Source of the DNA: a bacterium
GTDB lineage: Bacteria; UBA8248
Length of the DNA stretch: 15,835 nucleotides
Reading direction: 5' to 3'
Assembly (NCBI GenBank): GCA_965213685.1
Contig: CBDBZY010000030.1
Span: 1 to 15,835, forward strand
Shown here: positions 8,137-15,628 of the stretch, piece after piece
How the letters are laid out: each line of letters starts with the position of its first letter
Numbering within the stretch: position 1 is the first letter of the stretch
The notes under the pieces: generated by a model
Seen by the model: the letters and a program-made list of their open reading frames with translations, nothing else
Databases searched by the model: none
What the model was told of the DNA's origin: nothing
Translations under genes and position numbers: made by a program

Positions 8137-8499
8137 TCACGATTTGCTCTCCTGCGCTCCGGGCGAGCGTTTGACGCGCTGCGGGTCGATGTCATGAAGA
8201 TAATCGAACGAATAGATGCCGGCGCCGCATCCGCCCTGCCAGATGAAGTTGATCGCGTAGCGCCCCACCATCTCCGCGTTCTCCAGCTCCGCCGGCCCGC
8301 TCGGCCCCGAGAGGACGACGAGCGGGTTCTTCTCCCGCTCCCTGCGCTTCTCCTTGCAATTCGCGCAAGGGCAGAGGGCGGAGAGGTAGTCGAACCCGAA
8401 CACGCTCCTCCTGCCGTCCGCCCACTCCACGCGAAACTCGCGGGTGCGCTTGTCCACCGTGAGATCGACGGGCTGGCCCGCATTCCCCGCATCGCTCAT
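8137..8499 (-). CDS. DUF971 / gamma-butyrobetaine hydroxylase-like N-terminal domain protein
   Basis: VEWADG, YLSALCPCANC, VGRYAINFIW.GG..AGIYSFDYL; GAGGAGG SD before ATG 8499. Confidence 0.88.
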   Translation of the reverse strand: MSDAGNAGQPVDLTVDKRTREFRVEWADGRRSVFGFDYLSALCPCANCKEKRREREKNPLVVLSGPSGPAELENAEMVGRYAINFIWQGGCGAGIYSFDYLHDIDPQRVKRSPGAQESKS

Positions 8500-8524
8500 G
8501 GGACGGAGCCCCCCTCCTCGCGCC

Positions 8525-9184
8525 TCACCTCGCCTTGATCCCGTATTTCTCATACTTCTTCGCCGAGGCGGAGGTGCGCCTGGCGGATTCCGGCGTCTTG
8601 AGCTCCAGGAGATAGGGCCTCTGTGCCGAGACGGCCCGCACGGCGTCGAACAGCCCCTCCTCGTCGCCGCCCTTTTCCCACTCGCCTTCCTCGAGCTTCA
8701 CGAAGACGGGCTTCCCCTCGCCGAAGTCCAACGTGGGCACTCCGAAAACGCCCTGCTCCGCCGCCGCCTCGTGCTCCTGCGCGATCAGGGGGATGGTGGC
8801 GCCGCTCTTCATGTCCTCCTCCCAGCGGCCGACGTCCAGGCCCGTCTGCACGGCGATGTCGCGCAAAACCAGCTCGCTCGTGATGTCCTTGCCGTCGCGG
8901 TGCTTCGCCCTGTGGAGGGCCACGTGGTATTTATCGAACTCTGTCTCGCCCTGCAGCCCCGCGCACTTGGCCGCCTGGTGCGGAGGCATGTCCCTGCTCG
9001 GGAAGGTCCGATCCTCCCAGGCCCTCCAGTCCTCCCCCCGTGCGGGGCCGAAATTCACCTGCTCCAGCACGAAGGCCTTGTAATCGACCTGCAGGTCATT
9101 CCTCTTCTCCTGAAGGCGAACGAGCCATTCCATGGCCCTGTAGGCATAAGGTCAGACATAGCAATTCCACATGGTGGCTTTCAT
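8525..9184 (-). CDS. DsbA/FrnE-like thioredoxin-fold protein, probable selenoprotein (in-frame TGA 9154-9152)
   Basis: GAGGAGG SD and ATG 9184 give MKATMWNCYV-TGA-PYAYRAMEW, in frame with ORF 8525..9133. That ORF has the DsbA helical insert (ALHRAKH.DGKDI...L..IA...GLD) and the GVFGVPTL cis-Pro loop. Confidence 0.85.
9122..9138 (-). promoter_or_regulatory. Candidate bacterial SECIS element
   Basis: mRNA GGGCCAU-GGA-AUGGCUC forms a 7-bp stem (one G-U). It starts 13 nt after the UGA and its G-containing apical loop is 20 nt from the UGA. Confidence 0.65.
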
Positions 9185-9228
9185 GGTTTCCTCCTCGCAG
9201 GCAAGGCGTCCAGAAACACGGCTTCGCC

Positions 9229-9257
9229 ATCATACACCATACAAACCGACATGAGAA
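9229..9257 (-). promoter_or_regulatory. Possible sigma70-type promoter for the DsbA-like/DUF971 genes
   Basis: On the - strand, TTCTCA (9257-9252), 17 nt, TATGAT (9234-9229), in the gap after DUF4202. Confidence 0.35.
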
Positions 9258-9294
9258 AACGAGGCGGGCCTCCGAAGAGCGTCGCCCCTCCCCC

Positions 9295-9903
9295 CTATCC
9301 GGAGGAGGAGAGCGCCTGATGGAGCAACGCCTCCGCCCCGCTGTGCAGCGTCATCTCCCTGGCGGCCTCCTGCCCGCGCGGGGACATCTTCGCCCATGTT
9401 TTCCGCAAAATATCGACGATTTTCGCCTCCTCGTGGAGTCGGGAGAAATCCCACAAATAGTTCTCCAGAAACACCAGACACGCGACATCCTCGAGCGTCT
9501 GGGTTTCCGGGTCGGACTTCAGCCCCTGCTTTTTCAGCAACATCCGCACCCGCGCTATCGTCTCCTCCCCATAGCCCGCCTCCCTGAGAATCCCGGCCGC
9601 CCTCTCCCCGTGGTAGGCGTAGAGATACGTTCGCCACCGGTGATACCCCCTGCGACCGGGCGGATAGTCCGAGCGCGGAACCTCCCACCTGCATATGTGC
9701 TGGCTGCGCACCGCCAGACGCAGGGCTTCGGAGGCTTCCGGTGCGACGGCCTCCAGCCACTTCGTCATGCGCATCGAATACAGCAGCGCCTTCGGGTAGT
9801 CCTTGCCCTCAAAACTCTCGGCGTTCGGGTCCTTGGCGTTCGCTTCATCTATCCGGCGCAGCGCATCTTCCAGGCGGGCCAGGCGGGTGGATGGGGGGGT
9901 CAT
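9295..9903 (-). CDS. DUF4202 domain protein
   Basis: IDEANAKDPN, LRLAVRSQHICRWEVPRSDYP.GR.GY..WR, DPETQTLEDVACLVFL, KTWAKMS (the LED and KMS motifs). Start 9903 or 9921; the ORF-track start at 10020 lies in the promoter region. Confidence 0.88.
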   Translation of the reverse strand: MTPPSTRLARLEDALRRIDEANAKDPNAESFEGKDYPKALLYSMRMTKWLEAVAPEASEALRLAVRSQHICRWEVPRSDYPPGRRGYHRWRTYLYAYHGERAAGILREAGYGEETIARVRMLLKKQGLKSDPETQTLEDVACLVFLENYLWDFSRLHEEAKIVDILRKTWAKMSPRGQEAAREMTLHSGAEALLHQALSSSG

Positions 9904-9986
9904 CTTCCGTGCTTCCTCCATGCGGGAGGGGGGCGTCAGCGGCGGCACGCCAGGTGCGGCCATTCCGGAATGAACGCCTCCTCCCA

Positions 9987-10016
9987 TTGACAAGCGTGAA
10001 AGAACCGATATATTTT
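9987..10016 (+). promoter_or_regulatory. Sigma70-type promoter of the cobA-reductase operon
   Basis: Perfect TTGACA at 9987-9992, then TATATT 10009-10014 (16-nt spacer) or TATTTT 10011-10016 (18-nt spacer), in an AT-rich island. Confidence 0.65.
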
Positions 10017-10024
10017 CCATAAAA

Positions 10025-10043
10025 GTTAAGTTTTACACTTAAC
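10025..10043. promoter_or_regulatory. Palindromic operator candidate
   Basis: GTTAAGT-tttac-ACTTAAC, a perfect 7-bp inverted repeat just downstream of the -10 box. Confidence 0.6.
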
Positions 10044-10080
10044 AATAAATAAAATACCACCTCAAGACAGGAACCTCCTC

Positions 10081-10890
10081 ATGTACCCAGCGAAAGTCCA
10101 GATCGTGGGAGCAGGCCCCGGGGACCCGGACCTCCTCACGCTCAAGGCGGCCAGAGCATTGAGAAGCGCGGATGTGGTGATTCATGATCGTCTCGTCAAC
10201 CCGGAGATTCTGCAACTTTGCCCGGGAGGCTGCGAGTTCATGGACGCTGGAAAATCCGCCGGACGCCACGCCATGAGCCAGAGGGACATCAACGCATCTC
10301 TCATCCGTTTCGCCCATAGCGGCTTGCAGGTAGTGCGCCTGAAGGGTGGAGACCCCTTCGTGTTCGGCCGCGGGGGCGAGGAGGCGCAGGCACTCGCCGA
10401 AGCGGAGGTTCCCTATGAAATCATACCGGGCATCAGCTCCGCCATCGCCGTGCCCGCCTATGCGGGCATTCCGGTCACGCACCGAAACATCGCCTCGTCC
10501 TTCACCGTCGTGACGGCCCATGAGGACCCAGGGAAACCGGAGGCGCAGGTGGATTACGCGCATCTCGCCCAGAGCACCGGAACGCTCGTCTTTCTCATGG
10601 GGGCGCGCTCCATCGGGCGCATATCCGCCGCCTTGATGGAAAATGGCATGTCGAAAGACACGCCCGCCGCGATCATCGAAAACGGAACGACGGGCAAGCA
10701 GGCAGCCTATCGCTCTCCGCTGGGGGAGGCGTCCAGCCTCGCGCAGCGCGAAGAGGTCTCCCCGCCCGCCGTTTTTCTCGTCGGCCCGGTCGCCGGACTC
10801 GAAGACCTCGTCTGGTTCGAGGCCGATGAAAGCCAGGAGATCTCCTGGCGCTGTGCCGCGAAAGAATTCCTCGCCAAAGTCGTTTCATAG
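10081..10890 (+). CDS. cobA: Uroporphyrinogen-III C-methyltransferase (SUMT)
   Basis: VGAGPGDPDLLTLKA, DRLV, VVRLKGGDPFVFGRGGEE, PGISS..AVPAYAGIPVTHR, TLVFLMG. Confidence 0.96.
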   Translation: MYPAKVQIVGAGPGDPDLLTLKAARALRSADVVIHDRLVNPEILQLCPGGCEFMDAGKSAGRHAMSQRDINASLIRFAHSGLQVVRLKGGDPFVFGRGGEEAQALAEAEVPYEIIPGISSAIAVPAYAGIPVTHRNIASSFTVVTAHEDPGKPEAQVDYAHLAQSTGTLVFLMGARSIGRISAALMENGMSKDTPAAIIENGTTGKQAAYRSPLGEASSLAQREEVSPPAVFLVGPVAGLEDLVWFEADESQEISWRCAAKEFLAKVVS

Positions 10891-10965
10891 ACGCCCGGGC
10901 TTCGTCCCGGCGCCAACAAATTCATCATCTGTCATCTGGACAGTCGTTCATCGCAGGAGCATACG

Positions 10966-12771
10966 ATGCATGAGCAGTCTCTCATCAAACCGGCGTCTCG
11001 GGAAAAATCAGGCGTCATTCCGGTAATCGCGGCAGAGCTGGACGATTTTGAAACGGAAGCCACGAAATTTCAGAACGGGGAGCTGGACAACAGCGCCTTT
11101 CTCCCCTATCGCCTCAAACGCGGAGTCTACGGCCAGCGGCAGGCCGACGCGCAGATGGTGCGCGTGAAAATACCTTTCGGGGGGCTGAGCGCCTCTCAAC
11201 TCGAAGCCCTGGGGCGCGTATCCCGCGACTACGCTCCTCTGGGGAAGGGCCATGTGACGACGCGGGAAAACGTGCAGTTTCACTTTGTGCCGCTCGGCGA
11301 AGCCGCCGACGTGCTGAGGCTCCTCGGCGAGGTGGGGCTCACCACGCGGGAGGCGTGCGGAAACTGCGTGAGAAACGTCACCGGCTGCCCGTATGCGGGC
11401 GTCTGCAAGGATCAGGTTTTCGACGCCACGCCCTATGCGGGCGCGTTCGCCCGCTACTTCGTGCGCAAGGACTTCACGCAGGATCTCCCGCGCAAATTCA
11501 AGGTGGCCTTTTCCAGTTGCGCTTCGGACTGCGTGGCGGGCGGAATCCATGACATCGGCTTCATCCCTCTCATCGAGGAGGTCGAGGGGAGCGCCGTCCG
11601 CGGATTCCGGATGCTCGTCGGCGGCGGCCTCGCCACCTTCGCGCGCACGGCGGAAACGCTGTATGAGTTCGTGGCGGTTTCTGATTTCCTGCGAGTGAGC
11701 GAAGCCCTCATCCGGGTTTTCGATCAGGCCGCCGAACTGCGGAAATCCCGCTTCAAGGCGCGCATCAAGTTTCTGGTGGCCCGGATCGGCATAGACGGGC
11801 TGCGCGCGCGCGTGGAGGCGGAACTCCGAAAGGATTGGGCGAAAGCGCCCGTCCATCCCGACCCCTATCTCTGGCGGGATGACGAGGACGCCGACGCCCC
11901 GCCCGTCCTGAACACCCTTGACGGGACGGGATTCCACCCGAACGGGGACGCAGCGGATTACGAGAGATGGAGAAACACGAACGTCCTCGCGCAAAGGCAG
12001 GAAGGTTATTTTGCCGTCGAAATCCAGCTGCCGCTGGGAAACATTCTGACAGAGCAGTTCTTCGCCTTGGCCGACCTCGCCCGACGTTTTGCGCGAGGGC
12101 GCGCGAGGACGAGCTTTGAGCAGAACCTCGTCCTCCGGTGGGTGCGGGCGGGCGAGCTGTATCCCCTGTGGAAGGAGCTGCGGCGCATCGGGCTGGCGGA
12201 AGGGGGCGCCCGCGAGATATCCGACGTCGTCTCTTGCCCGGGGACGGATTCCTGCAAGCTCGGCATCACTTCCTCGATGGGACTGGCGGGCGCCATACGC
12301 GAAACCCTCCGGGAGATCGACCATGACCCGCTCACGCGGGAGGTGCGCATCAAGATGAGCGGTTGCCCGAATTCGTGCGGCCAGCATCACATCGCCCACA
12401 TCGGCTTTCATGGCGGAACGCTCAAGGCGGACGGCGTGATGCTCCCCGCCTACGAGGTTTTCCTGGGCGGCCAATACGAAAGAGCGGACGGGCAAATCCG
12501 CATCGGCAAGCGCATTCAGGTGCGCATCCCCGCAAAGCGCGTTCCCGAGGCCCTCCGGAAGATGTTGTCCCGATACCGGGAGAACAGGCGCGCGGGCGAG
12601 CGCTTCAACGATTTTCTGGAGCGCGTCGGCAGCGGTTTCTTTGAAGACCTGTTGCGCGAATTCCACCTTTCTGGTTCATTCAACGACAAGCCGGACACCG
12701 ATTTGTTCGTGGACTGGAGCCAGGACAGGCAATACGTGCTGGAGAGAGGGGAGGGGGAATGCCTGGCCTAG
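10966..12771 (+). CDS. Siroheme-[4Fe-4S] sulfite/nitrite reductase hemoprotein (ferredoxin-dependent type), probably sulfite reductase
   Basis: GVYGQRQ, MVRVKIPFG, HVTTREN, LPRKFK, RFKARIKFL, CPGTDSC and SGCPNSCGQH; AGGAG SD upstream. Confidence 0.92.
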   Translation: MHEQSLIKPASREKSGVIPVIAAELDDFETEATKFQNGELDNSAFLPYRLKRGVYGQRQADAQMVRVKIPFGGLSASQLEALGRVSRDYAPLGKGHVTTRENVQFHFVPLGEAADVLRLLGEVGLTTREACGNCVRNVTGCPYAGVCKDQVFDATPYAGAFARYFVRKDFTQDLPRKFKVAFSSCASDCVAGGIHDIGFIPLIEEVEGSAVRGFRMLVGGGLATFARTAETLYEFVAVSDFLRVSEALIRVFDQAAELRKSRFKARIKFLVARIGIDGLRARVEAELRKDWAKAPVHPDPYLWRDDEDADAPPVLNTLDGTGFHPNGDAADYERWRNTNVLAQRQEGYFAVEIQLPLGNILTEQFFALADLARRFARGRARTSFEQNLVLRWVRAGELYPLWKELRRIGLAEGGAREISDVVSCPGTDSCKLGITSSMGLAGAIRETLREIDHDPLTREVRIKMSGCPNSCGQHHIAHIGFHGGTLKADGVMLPAYEVFLGGQYERADGQIRIGKRIQVRIPAKRVPEALRKMLSRYRENRRAGERFNDFLERVGSGFFEDLLREFHLSGSFNDKPDTDLFVDWSQDRQYVLERGEGECLA

Positions 12772-12812
12772 GGCGACAAGCGGAACTTCCGGGCGAAACA
12801 TCCGGAGACGCG

Positions 12813-13211
12813 GTGAAAACGGCGGTGCTGCTCGTTGGCCATGGCAGCCGCGCGCAGAACGCCAACCACGCGCTCCTCCTCGTGGTGGAGCATTTCCGGG
12901 AAGCCTGGCCGCACCGCGTCGTGGAGGCCGCTTTTCTGGAGATCAGCCGCCCCTCCATTCCCGAGGGGGTCGACCTTTGCGTCGAGAGGGGCGCGGAGCG
13001 GATCATCGTCATCCCCTACTTCCTCTTCCGGGGCAATCACGTGCAGGTCGATTTGCCCGGATTCGTCCAGGAAGGCCAAAACAAACACCCGGCCATCGAC
13101 ATCGTTCTGGGCCCGCACCTAGGCTTTCATCCCAGGATGATCGAGATAGTCGAGGATCGCGTCCAGCAGGTGATCGGGACGCTGAAATCAGAGGAGCGCG
13201 CACTCCCATGA
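12813..13211 (+). CDS. sirB: Sirohydrochlorin chelatase (short CbiX/SirB type)
   Basis: GGAG then GTG 12813. LLVGHGSR, AFLE...PSI, PYFLF.GNHVQVDLP, HLGFHP. Context favours a ferrochelatase for siroheme. Confidence 0.85.
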   Translation: MKTAVLLVGHGSRAQNANHALLLVVEHFREAWPHRVVEAAFLEISRPSIPEGVDLCVERGAERIIVIPYFLFRGNHVQVDLPGFVQEGQNKHPAIDIVLGPHLGFHPRMIEIVEDRVQQVIGTLKSEERALP

Positions 13212-14173
13212 GGGATGACAACGGTTCCGACCGGCCCATCGCCATCTATTACGAACACCCCGAGTGGTTCCAAAAACTCTTCGATGAACTCGACGGGCGG
13301 GGCGTGGCATATGAGAAGGTGCAAGCCCACAACCACCGATTCGACCCCGCCGAAACGCAGTCGCCCTACGCGCTGGTTCTCAACCGGATGAGCCCATCCG
13401 CATGGGCGCGCGGACACGGGCATGCGATTCCCTATACGCTGGAGTATTGCGCCCATCTCCGGGACATCGGCGCCAACGTGATCAACGGCTACGAAGCCTA
13501 TCTCCATGAATTCTCCAAGGTGCGGCAGGCCCGCCTGCTGGAGCGCCTGGGGGTAAGGCATCCGAAATCGCGGGTGATCAACCATCCCTCCCAGGCGCCT
13601 GCGGCGGCCGAGGGACTCCGCTTTCCCGTCATCACGAAAGCGAACGTCGGGGGAAGCGGCGCCGGCATACAAAGATACGACACGCCGGAGGCGCTCCGGG
13701 AGGCGGCGAACGCGGAGTCCATCGATTTCGGCATCGACAACGTCGCCCTCGTGCAGGAATACGTTCGGCCGCGCGGAGAGCGGATCGTCCGCGTCGAGGT
13801 GCTGAACGGCGAGTTTCTTTACGCGATCCAGCTGGTGCTGGTGGACCCGCATTCCTTCAACCTCTGCCCGGGCAGCTATTGCCGGCGCAACGACGAAATC
13901 GCATGCGGCGGGGACGCCCTGATCCAGAAGGTCACGCCGCCGGGAGAGGTCATCGACACCGTCGAGCGCATCATGCGGGAGGCGGGCATAGAGGTGGGCG
14001 GAATCGAATATCTGGTCGGGGATGCAGACGGGGAGATATATTATTACGACATCAACGCGCTCTCGAATTTCGTGGATGACGCGCAAAACGTCGTCGGTTT
14101 CGACCCCTGGCCGCTGATGGCCGACTTCGTTCTTGAACGCGCGAAACATCCCGCCTCGATGCGAAAAGCGTGA
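13208..14173 (+). CDS. ATP-grasp domain protein (RimK/glutathione-synthetase-like)
   Basis: ATGA overlap with the chelatase stop. VING, SKVRQ..LL, FPVITKANVGGSGAGI, LVQEY, GIEY, YYDINALSNF. Confidence 0.85.
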   Translation: MRDDNGSDRPIAIYYEHPEWFQKLFDELDGRGVAYEKVQAHNHRFDPAETQSPYALVLNRMSPSAWARGHGHAIPYTLEYCAHLRDIGANVINGYEAYLHEFSKVRQARLLERLGVRHPKSRVINHPSQAPAAAEGLRFPVITKANVGGSGAGIQRYDTPEALREAANAESIDFGIDNVALVQEYVRPRGERIVRVEVLNGEFLYAIQLVLVDPHSFNLCPGSYCRRNDEIACGGDALIQKVTPPGEVIDTVERIMREAGIEVGGIEYLVGDADGEIYYYDINALSNFVDDAQNVVGFDPWPLMADFVLERAKHPASMRKA

Positions 14174-14206
14174 GGAGCAGGATCAAAGGCGCTTTGACGG
14201 GCTCCC

Positions 14207-15130
14207 ATGCCCTCTAATGATGGGGGCGTGCTTGAGCCAGCCGCCATATACGCCCTCCTGTCGGCCGTCCTGCTTGCGCTCCGAGACGTCTTTGGCCGCC
14301 TCGCCGTTCGCGGCATCGACCCCATCGCGGGCTCCGCCTTCACCGCCATCGTCGGTCTCCCCGTTCTGTGGGCCGTCTCCGCCTGGAGGGGAGATTTTTC
14401 CGATCCTCCGCCAGGCCCGGGCTGGCCCCTCCTGTTCATCGCCATCGCGGGGATTCTCAGGGTCACCCTGGCGCGCACCATGCTTTTCGCCGCCACGCAG
14501 CACATCGGCGCCGCGCGCACGAGCGTCATCGTCGCGACAAACCTGATATTCGCCGTCCTACTCGGCGTCGTCCTACTGGGGGAGAGCCTCACGCCCGCCA
14601 TCGGGCTGGGCACCGTCCTGGTGTTCAGCGGATACGTTTTTATCTCCAGGAGCCATCCCGACTACCGAGGGGGCAGGGGCAAATCCCCCCGGAGCCTGTA
14701 CGTCGGCTTGGGCCTGGCACTCGGCTGCGCGCTGGCGTTTGGAGCGGCCGCCGTGCTCGTCCGCCCGGCGGTGGGATTTTTCACCTCCGCCAACGAAGCG
14801 AACCTGTATTCCAACATTTTCGCCGTCCTGCTCTTTTTGCCCTTCCTCTCGCGCAGGGGAGCGACAGGCGAAATCAGGGGCTGGACCATGAGCCACTGGA
14901 GGTTTCTCGTTCTGGCCGGCCTGTCCGCAAGCCTCGGCGTCACCTTCCTCTATCTCGCTCTGGCGAACGCGCCCGTCGTCTACGCCTTTCCCATCGCCCA
15001 ATCCAGGCCGTTGTTCGCCATCGCGGCGTCGTGGGTTTTTCTCCAGTCCGACGAGAAGGTGAACTGGCGCGTCGTGGCGGGCGCACTCGCCATCCTCCTG
15101 GGCACGGCGTCCCTGATTCTCGGTGGGTGA
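14207..15130 (+). CDS. EamA/DMT family transporter
   Basis: About ten hydrophobic segments in two repeats (IGAARTS...FAVLLGVVLLGE; PIAQSRPLFA...FL..EKV). Alternative start GTG 14228. Confidence 0.88.
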   Translation: MPSNDGGVLEPAAIYALLSAVLLALRDVFGRLAVRGIDPIAGSAFTAIVGLPVLWAVSAWRGDFSDPPPGPGWPLLFIAIAGILRVTLARTMLFAATQHIGAARTSVIVATNLIFAVLLGVVLLGESLTPAIGLGTVLVFSGYVFISRSHPDYRGGRGKSPRSLYVGLGLALGCALAFGAAAVLVRPAVGFFTSANEANLYSNIFAVLLFLPFLSRRGATGEIRGWTMSHWRFLVLAGLSASLGVTFLYLALANAPVVYAFPIAQSRPLFAIAASWVFLQSDEKVNWRVVAGALAILLGTASLILGG

Positions 15131-15144
15131 AGCACCCCCCGGGA

Positions 15145-15604
15145 CTATGCGCTCCCCGCCGTTTTTCTGCGCACCAGATGGACGGCGCGCAAGGCGAGAA
15201 CCAGTTCATCGTCCTGGTTCCGCGTCCGGAAATCCATGAGGGACGATCCCGCGGCCGGGCTCCGAGCGGGACGCTCTCGCCTCCATGACTTCCGCCTCCA
15301 CGGCCAGGGTGTCTCCGGGGCGCACGGGCTTCATCCAGCGGACAGAATCCATCCCGGGCGAGCCCATGCCCGTCGTGCCGATGACTCCCGTATCGAGGAA
15401 CAGCCGAAACGACGTCACTATCGTATGAAATCCGCTGGCGATAATGCCGCCATACGGGGATTCCGCCGCCGCCTTCTCGTCCACGTGGAACGGCTGCGGG
15501 TCATACAACCTGGCGAATTCCACGATTTCCTTCGCTGAGAGCGTCTTCTCTTTCGTCCGAAACTTCTCGCCCACCCGGAAATCCTCAAAATACTTTTCTC
15601 TCAT
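15145..15604 (-). CDS. MaoC family dehydratase; apparent frameshift near the 3' end
   Basis: YFEDF.VG, FA..YDPQPFHVD...A..SPYGGIIASGFHT, RW.KPVRPGDTL. Removing one base at 15240-15242 restores GIVLMDFRTRNQDDELVLALRAVHLVRRK, ending at TAG 15147-15145. Confidence 0.88.
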
Positions 15605-15628
15605 CAAAACCGCCCGTCACATTTCATG

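Noticed and set aside
9152-9154. Genome-wide UGA reassignment (genetic code 4 or 25)
   Set aside because: TGA is the normal stop of many genes here (2885, 3311, 4163, 5020, 13211, 14173, 15130), so readthrough must be site-specific.
10069-10079. SD-sequestering hairpin AGGA-acc-TCCT before cobA
   Set aside because: A 4-bp stem with a 3-nt loop is too weak to support a regulatory claim.
12641-13207. N-terminal extension of the ATP-grasp ORF 12641..14173
   Set aside because: It overlaps the reductase and chelatase out of frame; the coupled ATG at 13208 is the better start.
10081-13211. Cobalamin biosynthesis cluster
   Set aside because: No other cob/cbi genes; SUMT and the chelatase flank a siroheme enzyme, which explains both.
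11008-14149. Long antisense ORFs 11008..12666 and 13127..14149 (likewise 81..782, 766..1566, 2244..3344, 5141..6103, 8444..9319, 9040..9990)
   Set aside because: They mirror well-supported genes, as expected in GC-rich DNA, and show no recognisable motifs.
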